DNA from: an uncultured Lachnospiraceae bacterium
GTDB taxonomy: Bacteria > Bacillota > Clostridia > Lachnospirales > Lachnospiraceae
Reading direction: 5' to 3'
NCBI GenBank assembly: GCA_964470725.1
Contig: CAYYEB010000001.1
Span: 1-56,583, forward strand
Length of the DNA stretch: 56,583 bases
Of this stretch, positions 18,401-27,706 are shown in pieces. Positions within the stretch are counted from its first letter, which is position 1. Every line of letters starts with the position of its first letter. The notes under the pieces are model-generated. The model searched no databases. It saw only the letters and a list, made by a program, of their open reading frames with translations, and was not told the DNA's origin. The position numbers and the translations under genes are program-made.

Positions 18401-20422
18401 CTGAAGGAATTCAGTTACCTCGGAGAGAAAAAGGCGCATGAGGTTGTCATTGAAAATACAAATAAGATAGCGGATATGATTGAAAACATTTCGCCGATTT
18501 ATCCGGACAAATGTCCGCCTTCCATTCCGCATTCGGAGGAAGATCTTCAGAAAATGTGCTATGACAAGGCGCATCGCTGGTATGGAGATCCGCTGCCGGA
18601 TATCGTAAAGGCGCGTTTGGACAAGGAGCTGACCTCCATTATCAAAAACGGATACGCCGTTATGTACATCATCGCGCAGAAACTTGTGAAGAAATCCAAC
18701 GAAGACGGTTACCTGGTCGGATCCAGAGGATCGGTCGGTTCATCATTTGTCGCGACGATGGCGGACATCACGGAGGTCAATCCGCTTCGCCCGCACTATC
18801 GCTGTACAAATCCGGATTGCCTCTACAGCGACTTTGACTCGGAAGAGGTCATGCAGGCACATATGGATGGAATCTGCGGCTGTGATATGCCGGACAAAGT
18901 CTGCCCGAAATGCGGTCAGCCGATGACGAAGGACGGTTTCGATATCCCGTTTGAAACGTTCCTGGGATTTGCCGGAAACAAGGAACCGGATATCGATCTG
19001 AACTTTTCCGGTGACGAACAGAACGTGGCACAGCAGTATACGGAAGTTATTTTCGGGAAGGGACAGACCTTTAAGGCCGGAACCATCGGTACGGTCGCCG
19101 ACAAGACGGCATACGGCTATGCAATGCATTACTTTGAAGATAAGGGAATTTCAAAGAGAAGCTGCGAGCTGGAACGTCTTTCACAGGGGTGTGTCGGTGT
19201 CAGAAGGACAACCGGACAGCATCCGGGAGGCGTTGTCGTTCTCCCCAAGGGGATGGATATCAACTGGTTTACACCGGTGCAGCATCCGGCAAACGATGTG
19301 AATTCACCGTTTATTACGACACATTTTGACTATCATTCGATCGATTCGAACCTTTTAAAACTCGATATCCTCGGACACGATGATCCGACCATTATCCGTA
19401 TGCTTCAGGATCTGACGGGGACGGATCCTCATGATGTCCCGCTTGATGATAAGGGTGTACTTTCACTTTTTTCGGGAACGGAGGCCCTCGGGATCACTCC
19501 GGAGGATATAGACGGGTGTGAGCTTGGAACATTGGGTGTGCCTGAATTCGGAACACAGTTCGTCATGGGAATGCTCAAGCAGACCCATCCGAAGACATTT
19601 TCCGAACTCATTCGTATTTCGGGACTGTCACACGGCACGGATGTGTGGCTCAACAATGCTCAGTATTATATCGAAAAGGGATACTGCACGCTGCCGACGG
19701 CTATCTGCTGCCGCGACGATATCATGGTCTATCTGATCAACAAGGGTCTCGACAATGAGCATGCGTTCAAGATCATGGAATCCGTGCGAAAGGGCAGAGG
19801 TCTTACGGAAGAACAGAAGAAGGAAATGAAAGATCACGGGGTGGAGGACTGGTACCTGGAATCCTGCCTTAAGATCAAGTACATGTTCCCGAAGGCCCAT
19901 GCTGCGGCCTATGTCATGAATGCGTTCCGGATCGCGTACTATAAGATTAATTACCCGCTTGCCTATTATGCGGCATACTTCAGCATCCGTCTGAAGACTT
20001 TTGACTATGAGACCATGTGTCAGGGGCGGGAAAAGCTGGAATATTATGCAGATAAAATCAAGAAAAATCCGCAGCCTTCGGCACACGAAACGGCGATGCT
20101 CGATGATATGCGTCTGGTGCGGGAAATGTACGCCCGCGGTTTCGAGTTCTGCAAACTGGACATTTACCAGGCGAGTGCAAAGCGTCTGAAAATCGTGGAC
20201 GGAAAGCTGATGCCGCGCCTCAACTGTATTGCCGGGCTCGGCGATGCACAGGCGGAGGCAATTGAACGGGAAGCGAAGAAGGGACCGTTCCTTTCAAAGG
20301 ATGATTTTAGAGACCGGACAAAAGTCTCAAAGACGATCATTGATCTCATGGATGAGTACGGAATCCTGGGAGACATTCCGGAATCCAACCAGATCTCTCT
20401 GTTCGATCTGGTGGAAAAATGA
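15464..20422 (+). CDS. polC: DNA polymerase III PolC-type, with degenerate 3'-5' exonuclease and acidic insertion
   Basis: OB fold, PHP (VELHCHT, AITDHG, ATCDVH), VGSRGSVGSS, Zn finger, PDIDLNF, LKLDILGHD, KIKYMFPKAHA; AAGGAG SD. Confidence 0.97.
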   Translation: MDRKPMPFREAFPNLKLDERVEKYLDIIVVNRVCVNGSRTRMHVYITATNWIRKSYIYQIEDAIAEQIFGHVEMEVKIIERFELSVAYTPAKFYDVYRTSMLLELKQVSPLVRQSFLHADITFPDEHTIRAEMPDTIVNEDRKEAIRDYLEKVFRDRAGFQGISVDIELVEEKKKEKEELFEDVDQKIELKIANVLRRNSRAKEEVKEEKKLPVSEEQKAQRKKFVLNANDPTVIYGKNFDSEPEPIESIGNDPRTVTIRGEVFQAEERETRSGRIIFTVSLTDYTDSLRMKLWFDKEEEEAYTSVFKKGACFIVRGMMDFDPFDRELMIKSVFGIKKIPPFKEERNDTSPEKRVELHCHTKMSDMDAVSSATDIIKQAYHFGMKALAITDHGVVQAFPEAHKALGGKGGIPKDADFKVIYGMEGYLVDDMKNIVTGPLHGNILDDAVVFDVVTTGQSPYNHDMIELSAIKVEKGQLKDEYTTLVNPGRPIPFAMQTETGINDNMVADSPDIGTAVRDFLKFAGDLPLVAYDADMAVNFLMAACKKENIKVTLTDAQIDELVRGVDEEESEEKKQEEEQQKAEENAKEEQRLVELKERVAKAKNHGEELSEEDKAAARAAGMKVTEAEEEAAQEAEMKAAEAELAEKEKAEQEAAEGTAEEKSWPAASDESAAKTVVASAEETVSADKVPEEDSCEKEKIKPIAPEHRREVMEKLGIADHTIDGMTLLRHHTYLDIPAMVRFLIPEMGRIRFKTIVKHLKLNCRDDMRAQPRAEAMALAWTKFQKMMEERDIHTFRELNSCGIVSPERARNLPYYHIIIQAQNVDGKYNLYRLVSESHLHYFKRRPLIPRSLLNEKRKGLILGSACSAGELYKAILAGASDAELARIVEYYDYLEIQPTGNNHFLLEDPRSGIKTEEDLRDINRKIVKLGEEFHKPVCATCDVHFLNPDDAIYRSIIQAGHGFKDPKQPPLYLHTTDEMLKEFSYLGEKKAHEVVIENTNKIADMIENISPIYPDKCPPSIPHSEEDLQKMCYDKAHRWYGDPLPDIVKARLDKELTSIIKNGYAVMYIIAQKLVKKSNEDGYLVGSRGSVGSSFVATMADITEVNPLRPHYRCTNPDCLYSDFDSEEVMQAHMDGICGCDMPDKVCPKCGQPMTKDGFDIPFETFLGFAGNKEPDIDLNFSGDEQNVAQQYTEVIFGKGQTFKAGTIGTVADKTAYGYAMHYFEDKGISKRSCELERLSQGCVGVRRTTGQHPGGVVVLPKGMDINWFTPVQHPANDVNSPFITTHFDYHSIDSNLLKLDILGHDDPTIIRMLQDLTGTDPHDVPLDDKGVLSLFSGTEALGITPEDIDGCELGTLGVPEFGTQFVMGMLKQTHPKTFSELIRISGLSHGTDVWLNNAQYYIEKGYCTLPTAICCRDDIMVYLINKGLDNEHAFKIMESVRKGRGLTEEQKKEMKDHGVEDWYLESCLKIKYMFPKAHAAAYVMNAFRIAYYKINYPLAYYAAYFSIRLKTFDYETMCQGREKLEYYADKIKKNPQPSAHETAMLDDMRLVREMYARGFEFCKLDIYQASAKRLKIVDGKLMPRLNCIAGLGDAQAEAIEREAKKGPFLSKDDFRDRTKVSKTIIDLMDEYGILGDIPESNQISLFDLVEK

Positions 20423-20456
20423 GAAAATGAAAATTCGGATATAATCGCTATGCCAC

Positions 20457-20611
20457 ACAGGGGAGCAGGTCATGGCCTGATTGGCCCGGGCGTCCGAGCG
20501 ACGCCGGTTATTAATGAATGCAAGCCTTTAGGCGCCGCATGAATTTAGAACCGCTGCGAGAGCGAGCGAGCGGGAGCGTCCCGGATCAACAGGCCATGAC
20601 CTGATCCCCGT
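20457..20611 (+). repeat. Repeat family A, copy 2
   Basis: Near-identical to 112..266; terminal stem caggtcatggcctg / caggccatgacctg. Confidence 0.9.
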
Positions 20612-20646
20612 CAACTTTGAACTATTTTTTACGGGAAGTATAGGCT

Positions 20647-23600
20647 ATGAGGGAAGAAGGCATTCATCTTGATACGGATAAAATCGAAGAAGTCATTTCT
20701 CCGGGAGGAAGCGCAGAGGGGAAAATTCGTATTTCTGCATCCCAGGGGAAAAGAGTCAGGGGATTTGTATACTCCGATCATGGAAGAATCGTAACGGATC
20801 TGAAAGAATTTACCGGCCGGGAGATCGTTTTAAGATACGGAATCGATGGAACGGGGCTTGCAGAAGGAGATGAAATCTGCGGAAAAATCACACTGGCGAC
20901 GGATGCAGGTGAGTATTCCATCCCGGTGGAGGCATATATTCGTCAGTCTCTGCCGGATACTTCCCGTGGAACGATCCGGAATCTCAGAGATTTCTCTGAG
21001 CTTGCCTACCGGAATTACGAAGAGGCGTTCAGGCTTTTTAAGAATCCTGTTTTCCCGGAAATTTTAACGGACGAGGATGAAAAGATCCGGACATTATGCA
21101 GGGGGCTTCGGGAAGATCCGGTCACAAAACGGAAGATGGAGGAATTTCTGATACTTTCCGGCTGTAAAAAACCGGTGGAATTAAAGCTGATCGGATCCGG
21201 TGCGGAATATCATGACATTCGGGAATCGACTCAATATACAGCAACTCTTCGCAGAAACAGATGGGGATACATCTCACTTGATCTTTCTACGGAGGATCGC
21301 TTTCTGGAACTTCCGGTGACACATTTTACGGAGGAAGACTTCGTGGGAAGTGTCTGCGATATTCCCTTTATCATTCACGGCGAACGGCTTGGCCGCGGAA
21401 GCAGGACCGGGAAAATCAGAATTCGCGGCGGTCGGGAGGATCTGGTACTGGAAGTTACCGCCTCCGGTGCGGAAAACAAGTCAGAGGAACGGGAAATTCA
21501 GATTCAGCATCACGTGGACCGTATCCTGCGGCTTTTGCTCGAGGAACGGCTCAAAAGCATGGACTGTGCAGCAAAGGAGAAAAATGCAGACCGGTATCTG
21601 AGACAATCGGCGGAGCGGGGGCGGATGAGAGAACTTCTGGAAGAGATCCTTCCGGAATTGACTGCGGTTCGTGAGCTTGGCGGAGACAGGCTGTATGCGG
21701 CTTTACTGGAGTGCTGGATCAGATTAAGGGCCGGGCAGACGAAGGAATCCATCGGACTTCTGTATCCTCTCCGAGAATATGATCTTTCATCGGACTCTCC
21801 TGAAATTCAGGGGATCTATCTGTATCTGTGTACGGAAACGGGGCTGTATCCGATTGAAAAATCCCGGAGGGAAGACAAAATTCATGAACTGGCGCTTCGC
21901 AGACCGGACAGTTTTCTTCTGATGAAACTCACCTGCCTTACGGATCCGGAGATGGCACGTACACCGATTGCAGGTCTTCGGCTGATGCAGAAGACATATT
22001 CGGAAGGATGCCGCAGTCCGTTTCTTTATGCGGAAGCTCTGGAACTTCTGCTTAAGGATGACTCCCTGCTTACGACTGTGAACGGCTTTTTCCGACAGGT
22101 GCTTGCATTTGCGGTGAAGGAGAATCGTTTTACGGAGGATCTTGCACTTCGGACGGCCTATCTTTCCGACAATGAAAAACGGTATCGCCCGATTACATTG
22201 AAGATTCTTGCAGGAATGTACCGAAAATATCCGCAAAACGCGATTCTGGAAGCAATCTGCCGTACCCTGATCAAGGGACCGTCACGGGATAGCAGATGCT
22301 TTTCGTGGTATGCACTGGCAGTCGATGCCAATTTAAGAATTACGCGCCTTTACGAATACTACATTGAAACGATTCCGGAAAGCTGGCAGAAGATTCTGCC
22401 TGCGGTCATTCGAAAGTATTTTCTGTACAATGACACGATTTCGGAACAGAATCGGGCATGGCTGTATGCTAATATTGTCCGGAACCGTGTGGAAGATCCG
22501 GATACCTTTGAGGATTACAGAGAAAAGATTGCTGATTTCGCGGATAAATCCCTCAAAAGCGGGAGAATGAATGCGGACTATGCCGCACTTTATCAGGTAT
22601 TTTTCCGCAATGTGAAAGATGAAGATGAGGCGGATGCTCTGGCGGATCTCATATTTACCGAACAGGTCTTCTGCGATGCGAAAAACATACGACGCGTGGT
22701 GGCTGTTCATGGAGAGCTTTCTAAGGAGGAGGTCGTTCCGCTGGTCCGCGGACGTGCTTATATTCACAGTTATACGGATGAGACGGAGATTTTCTTTGAA
22801 GATGTGGAGGGCGACAGGTTTCGATCCGATATGGATTACAGCGTGGAGAGGCTGATGGATCCGAGAACCTATGCATCCGTTTGTCTTGAAAAAGGAAGCC
22901 GGAAAAGCGGACTGATTCTGTATACATTGCACAGGGAGGGATCGGTTTCCGCGGATACGCTGGAACTTTGGCAGAACGTGACGGACAATTCCGATTTTTC
23001 AGAGGAGTTTCGAAGTCTGGCCGCGGGCAATCTTCTGCAATATGATCTGAAACATACAGATGACTATAGTCTTCGGAAATCAGTCGAAAAACTCGCAGGA
23101 TGTGAATATTCCTACAGGCACCAGGCACTTCTTACGGAAGTTCTTTTAAGCTTCGGATTCTATGAACGGGCATTTCAGCTTGTCTTAAAATACGGTTCAG
23201 AAGGCGTGGAGGACAGTCTGCTTGTGCGCCTTTGCGACCGGATGATAGAAGAAAAACATTCCGAAGGAGACGACGAACTGACGGCTCTTTGCATGTCAGT
23301 ATGGAAAAGGAGAAAATTCGATGAAAGAATTCTGTCCTATCTGACAAAATACTGGAACGGCTCTATGGAAGATATGCTCCTCCTGCGAAAAGACGCTGAG
23401 GACTTTTTCGTGGAAACGTTTCCTCTGGATCAGAGAATTTTGGTACGGATCATGTTCAGCCATCTGAATGTTTCGTCGGGACCGAAGCTTTTAAGAAACT
23501 ATATCGAAAAGGGCGGACAGTGGAGACTTGCCAGGACCTATATTGCATATGCATCCGGTTACGCCTTTGACGGAACGGAAAAAATAGATCCTTATCTGGG

Positions 23601-24270
23601 ACTTTGCCTTCGGGAAATGTACGGTCGGGATGAGATGAATCTGCTGATGAAGCTGACTCTCCTGCGGTTTTATTCGGAAAAGGGAAAACTCGATGCCGCG
23701 GAAGAAGAGCAGGTGGATGCTCTTCTGAAAGAGGCGGAAGAAAACGGTATTATTCTGAAATTTTTCCAAAATCTTCCGAGATCTTTTGTCAGAGAGTATC
23801 AGCTTGAGGACAAGGTTTTTATCGAGTGGCATGCGGAGCCTGATGATCAGGTGATCCTCCATTACCGTCTTGATTCCATTGGAATGAACGGGGAGAAGAA
23901 CAAAGCGGGAGAAGTGCGGCCGCAGGAAAGAAATCAGGCGGGCAGTACAAAGGAAGAAACATATCGTACGGAACCGCTTGGAAATGTATATCGGGGTATT
24001 TTCCAGAAGGTATTCACACTGTTCTATGGGGAACGGCTGACTTACCGCATTACCGTAATCCATGAAGGAACAGAGATCACATCTTCGGATAAAACGGTCA
24101 CCGGTCCGGCAGCGGATGTGAGCGGTCGCAGCCGCTTTCAGAGAATTAACCGGATGCTGAAAATGATGCATGACGGGAAAACGGAAGAACTGCAGGATGA
24201 AATCCGGGACTATAAAAAGGATTCGGCAATGATGGAAAATCTCTTTTCACTGAGGGAGGAAATTAAGTAA
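20647..24270 (+). CDS. Large uncharacterised protein (recalled as DUF5717-like): N-terminal beta-rich Ig-like repeats, long helical region
   Basis: 1207-aa ORF; two beta-rich repeats ending GKITLATDAGEYSIPVEA and GKIRIRGGREDLVLEVTA; C-terminal F.KVFTLFYGE.L.Y; family name from memory, not verified. Confidence 0.75.
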   Translation: MREEGIHLDTDKIEEVISPGGSAEGKIRISASQGKRVRGFVYSDHGRIVTDLKEFTGREIVLRYGIDGTGLAEGDEICGKITLATDAGEYSIPVEAYIRQSLPDTSRGTIRNLRDFSELAYRNYEEAFRLFKNPVFPEILTDEDEKIRTLCRGLREDPVTKRKMEEFLILSGCKKPVELKLIGSGAEYHDIRESTQYTATLRRNRWGYISLDLSTEDRFLELPVTHFTEEDFVGSVCDIPFIIHGERLGRGSRTGKIRIRGGREDLVLEVTASGAENKSEEREIQIQHHVDRILRLLLEERLKSMDCAAKEKNADRYLRQSAERGRMRELLEEILPELTAVRELGGDRLYAALLECWIRLRAGQTKESIGLLYPLREYDLSSDSPEIQGIYLYLCTETGLYPIEKSRREDKIHELALRRPDSFLLMKLTCLTDPEMARTPIAGLRLMQKTYSEGCRSPFLYAEALELLLKDDSLLTTVNGFFRQVLAFAVKENRFTEDLALRTAYLSDNEKRYRPITLKILAGMYRKYPQNAILEAICRTLIKGPSRDSRCFSWYALAVDANLRITRLYEYYIETIPESWQKILPAVIRKYFLYNDTISEQNRAWLYANIVRNRVEDPDTFEDYREKIADFADKSLKSGRMNADYAALYQVFFRNVKDEDEADALADLIFTEQVFCDAKNIRRVVAVHGELSKEEVVPLVRGRAYIHSYTDETEIFFEDVEGDRFRSDMDYSVERLMDPRTYASVCLEKGSRKSGLILYTLHREGSVSADTLELWQNVTDNSDFSEEFRSLAAGNLLQYDLKHTDDYSLRKSVEKLAGCEYSYRHQALLTEVLLSFGFYERAFQLVLKYGSEGVEDSLLVRLCDRMIEEKHSEGDDELTALCMSVWKRRKFDERILSYLTKYWNGSMEDMLLLRKDAEDFFVETFPLDQRILVRIMFSHLNVSSGPKLLRNYIEKGGQWRLARTYIAYASGYAFDGTEKIDPYLGLCLREMYGRDEMNLLMKLTLLRFYSEKGKLDAAEEEQVDALLKEAEENGIILKFFQNLPRSFVREYQLEDKVFIEWHAEPDDQVILHYRLDSIGMNGEKNKAGEVRPQERNQAGSTKEETYRTEPLGNVYRGIFQKVFTLFYGERLTYRITVIHEGTEITSSDKTVTGPAADVSGRSRFQRINRMLKMMHDGKTEELQDEIRDYKKDSAMMENLFSLREEIK

Positions 24271-25550
24271 TGCGGGAAGTTCGGAATCTGCTGATCGGAA
24301 TGGAAATCAACCGTGAAAGCTCCCAGATCTGCTATTATGACAGGCGTCAGCAGGATCCGGTGTCTGTGACGACCAAGGTGGGAACCAACATATACGCTTT
24401 TCCGACAAAGTTGTCCCTCTCAAAAAACGGAGAGTGGTATTACGGAGTTGAGGCGGATTATTTTGCAAAGGAGCAGGGGGCAGCTGCGTTGCCGGATCTC
24501 TTGCATATCGCCGACAGCGGAAATCGGACAACACTTTTCGGAAAAAGCTATGAAGCAGCGGAGATACTGATGCATTTTCTAAAAGGTGCACTGGGCCTTC
24601 TGGGACTATCGGATGTGGCACACAGCACCCTCGGAATCTGCATTACGACGAGGAAGCTGACAAAAGGACTGGCGGAAACCTTCCGAGGTGCACTTCAAAA
24701 GCTCGGTTTCAGGGATCCTCAGATCCTTATTGAGGATGATAAAGAAAGTTTTTACTATTACTGTTATTCACAGAAACCCTCTGTATGGACACGAAACATG
24801 GCACTGATCCTGTTTCATAAAAATGATGTGAAGTTTTATACCATGTCGGAACTGCCGGAGGCACGCCCGCATCTTGTGACGATTCATTTTACAAACGGAA
24901 TTACATTAAATGAGGAGCCGGAAAAAAGAGATGCACAGTTTTCCGACTTTGTCCGGGCGTGCTGCCGAGGACAGCTCTTTTCGGGAATCTTTCTTACAGG
25001 AGAGGGCTTTGATAAAAGCTGGGCGAGGGAGAGCATACGGACATTGACAGAATGCGGCCGGCATGTCTATGAAGGAGACAATCTTTTCGCAAAAGGAGCG
25101 TGCTGGGCTGCTCTGGAAAAACTGGAATTGCATCGAATGAAAGACAGGATGTATTTCGGAGAAGACACGGTGCGGGCAGATGTGACGATGGATGTGATTG
25201 ACGGAGGCGTGCAAAGGATACTTCCTCTGATCGGGGCCGGCAAAAACTGGTTTGAAAATCGCTCTTCTTTGGACATTATTCTTGATGGAAAAAAAGACCT
25301 TATATTTACTGTGATTCCATTCGGCGGGGGCGGAAGACGAAATGTAAAGCTTGCGCTTGAGGGACTTCCGGAGCGCCCGAACAGAACAACGAGACTTCAT
25401 CTGGATGTGCGGTGCAAAGCGGCGGACAGGTGCTGTATTACGGCACAGGATCTGGGGCTCGGTGAATTTTTCCCGGCAACACATAAAACCTGGAAACTTG
25501 ATGTGAATTTACGGGAATTTGATAAGAACATGGAACAGGATGAGGAATGA
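24270..25550 (+). CDS. Degenerate Hsp70/DnaK-like protein (recalled as DUF5716-like)
   Basis: TAATG coupling to the upstream gene; colinear Hsp70-like segments LLIGMEIN, FPTKL, YYGVEA, IFLTGEG, AKGACWAA, LEGLPERP...ITAQDLGLG. Confidence 0.65.
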   Translation: MREVRNLLIGMEINRESSQICYYDRRQQDPVSVTTKVGTNIYAFPTKLSLSKNGEWYYGVEADYFAKEQGAAALPDLLHIADSGNRTTLFGKSYEAAEILMHFLKGALGLLGLSDVAHSTLGICITTRKLTKGLAETFRGALQKLGFRDPQILIEDDKESFYYYCYSQKPSVWTRNMALILFHKNDVKFYTMSELPEARPHLVTIHFTNGITLNEEPEKRDAQFSDFVRACCRGQLFSGIFLTGEGFDKSWARESIRTLTECGRHVYEGDNLFAKGACWAALEKLELHRMKDRMYFGEDTVRADVTMDVIDGGVQRILPLIGAGKNWFENRSSLDIILDGKKDLIFTVIPFGGGGRRNVKLALEGLPERPNRTTRLHLDVRCKAADRCCITAQDLGLGEFFPATHKTWKLDVNLREFDKNMEQDEE

Positions 25551-25556
25551 AAAGCA

Positions 25557-26465
25557 ATGATAGGATATCGTCTTTGCAGAAATAAGACGGCGCGTCATCC
25601 GTTTTATCTGGAATCAATTTCCACAAATCTTTATACGGTAGAGGAACTCTGCTATTTTCTCTATCATAATCCGTTCCTGATTGACGACTCGGTGCTCAAT
25701 TCTTCACTGACGCGATGGATGGCGGAAGAACTGGATATGCCGGAGACGGCACTTTTGATGGAACGCGCGATGAGGGAGAGAGGATCGCTGGCGGATTGTA
25801 TCCTTCCTCTCTTTCAGAAAACGCAATATCTTTCTGCTGGGGAACTTTCCCGGTACAGGAAGACTCTTGATACCTTAGGATCCGTATCACCATCTGAAAG
25901 GCTCAAGCGAAAAGGGGATGCGCTTGCACAAAATGGCAAGTATACAGAGGCAATCCGTATCTATCATGAGGCATTATCAGATTTTCAGGAAGAGGGAAAC
26001 CGGCAGTGGAATCAGAGCTTTCGTGCCGTGGTGTGGTATAACACCGGTGTTGTGAAGATGCAGCTTTTTGACTATGAAGAGGGAACCGATGCTTTTTTGC
26101 GGGCCTGGAAACTGAATCCTGAGGAACCATATGCGCTGGCATATCTCGAAGCGCTTCGGCTTACGCTTCCAGATGAAAAATACAAAACTGCGGCAAAAGA
26201 ATTTCTGGACGGTGCTGCGGCGGAAGTCACGAATCGTGATTCTGCTGAAAAAAATAAAACGATTTCAGACGCATGGAAAGAAACGGAAAATACCCGGGAG
26301 GAAATTCTTCAAAGAGTTGATGCAGTAATTGCAGCGGCTCGGGAAAAAGCCGATATCCGGATACAGACGGAACTTTCTTCCGATTCGGAAAAAATGCTGC
26401 AGTCGCATCCGGAGAAAGTTGTGGAGCGGATTGCAGCGGAGTATCACACGTCTTTGGGAACGTGA
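25557..26465 (+). CDS. Tetratricopeptide repeat protein
   Basis: KGDALAQNGKYTEAIRIYHEAL and WYNTGVVKMQLFDYEEGTDAFLRAWKLNP TPR units; 6 bp after the upstream stop. Confidence 0.8.
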   Translation: MIGYRLCRNKTARHPFYLESISTNLYTVEELCYFLYHNPFLIDDSVLNSSLTRWMAEELDMPETALLMERAMRERGSLADCILPLFQKTQYLSAGELSRYRKTLDTLGSVSPSERLKRKGDALAQNGKYTEAIRIYHEALSDFQEEGNRQWNQSFRAVVWYNTGVVKMQLFDYEEGTDAFLRAWKLNPEEPYALAYLEALRLTLPDEKYKTAAKEFLDGAAAEVTNRDSAEKNKTISDAWKETENTREEILQRVDAVIAAAREKADIRIQTELSSDSEKMLQSHPEKVVERIAAEYHTSLGT

Positions 26466-26490
26466 ATTTCTTCAAGATGGAATCAGTGAC

Positions 26491-26520
26491 TTGACCGTGT
26501 GTGAGACAGTATGTTATGAT
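26491..26520 (+). promoter_or_regulatory. Putative sigma-A promoter of the amino-acid ABC operon
   Basis: TTGACC-18 bp-TATGAT with TG extension. Confidence 0.55.
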
Positions 26521-26582
26521 GACTTCACTTTAGCGTGGTAGCATGTTAAAGCACATGCATTTATGGAAGGAGAATGATTTCT

Positions 26583-27503
26583 ATGAAGAAGATTATTGCA
26601 GCTGCACTTGCAGCACTCATGGCAGTATCTCTGGCGGCTTGTGGTTCATCCGCATCAGGTACATCTTCGAAGGATACTTCGGCGAACGGTACTTCGGAGG
26701 CATCTTCCAAGGATTCCGGTTCCGGAGATGTCAACTATATTAAGGGAAAAGGAAAACTTGTTGTCGGCATCACTGATTTTGCTCCGATGGATTATAAGGA
26801 CGACAACGGAGACTGGATCGGATTTGATGCGGATCTTGCGAAAAAGGTCGGCAAAGATCTCGGTGTCGATGTGGAATTTACGGAAATCGACTGGGATAAC
26901 AAAATTCTGGAATTAAACAATAAATCCGTCGATGTGGTCTGGAACGGTATGACGCTTACAGATGAGGTTAAGTCTTCTATGGCCTGCACGAATCCGTATC
27001 TGGCCAATGCACAGACAGTGGTTCTTCCGAAGAATAAGCTGTCAGAACTTGATGACAGTAAGGACGCGATTTCCCAGCTGAAGGATCTGAACCTGCAGCT
27101 GGCTGTGGAATCCGGTTCCGCCGGAGAGGCCGTGGCAAAGGATAACAAATTGAACTATACGGCACTTCAGTCACAGGCAGATGCGCTGATGGAAGTCAAT
27201 GCGGGAACGTCGGAAGGGGCTATTATCGATCTTCTGATGGCCGGTGCAATGATCGGGCAGGGAACGGATTACCCGAATCTCGGTCATGCATTAAGACTTT
27301 CCGAGGAACAGTATGTGGTTGGCTGCAGAAAGGGCTCTGACCTTTGCGATTACATCAATGAAGAATTCGCAAAGTTTGAACAGGATGGATCTCTTGAGGA
27401 AATTGCCAAGAAGTACGGCGTGCAGGATGCGATGATCACAGGTGATGCTTCCTCCGCTCCGGCAGAGGCTTCCTCTACACCGGCAGCTTCGGATGCTGCA
27501 TAA
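26583..27503 (+). CDS. Polar amino-acid ABC transporter substrate-binding lipoprotein
   Basis: Lipobox LAAC, Ser-rich linker, FAPMDY, IGFDADLA, IDWD, WNGMT; ATG 26583 best spaced from AAGGAG. Confidence 0.92.
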   Translation: MKKIIAAALAALMAVSLAACGSSASGTSSKDTSANGTSEASSKDSGSGDVNYIKGKGKLVVGITDFAPMDYKDDNGDWIGFDADLAKKVGKDLGVDVEFTEIDWDNKILELNNKSVDVVWNGMTLTDEVKSSMACTNPYLANAQTVVLPKNKLSELDDSKDAISQLKDLNLQLAVESGSAGEAVAKDNKLNYTALQSQADALMEVNAGTSEGAIIDLLMAGAMIGQGTDYPNLGHALRLSEEQYVVGCRKGSDLCDYINEEFAKFEQDGSLEEIAKKYGVQDAMITGDASSAPAEASSTPAASDAA

Positions 27504-27600
27504 AATTTTTACATGGAATTGATGATTTTCGGCCCTGAGGGGTGGTTACACACTCCTTGGGGCGCTGTGCGTTTTGATCATTCATGAATGTACGCATATG

Positions 27601-27673
27601 GTCGTTGGAAAAATATATTTTCCGGTGCTTAAAATTGTTTTTGATTTGCGTCCGGGAGATGTATTTTCCTGAC
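27601..27673 (+). repeat. Repeat family C, degenerate copy
   Basis: ggaaaaatatattttccggtgcttaaaattgtttttgatttgcgtccgggagatgtattttcc aligns with the family C core. Confidence 0.7.
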
Positions 27674-27706
27674 AGGCATTTATATTTAAGATAATAGGAG
27701 ATACCC

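Noticed and set aside
27532-27563. Hairpin gccctgaggggtg/cactccttggggc after the ABC binding-protein gene
   Set aside because: No T tail; ordinary stabilising stem-loop typical after substrate-binding genes
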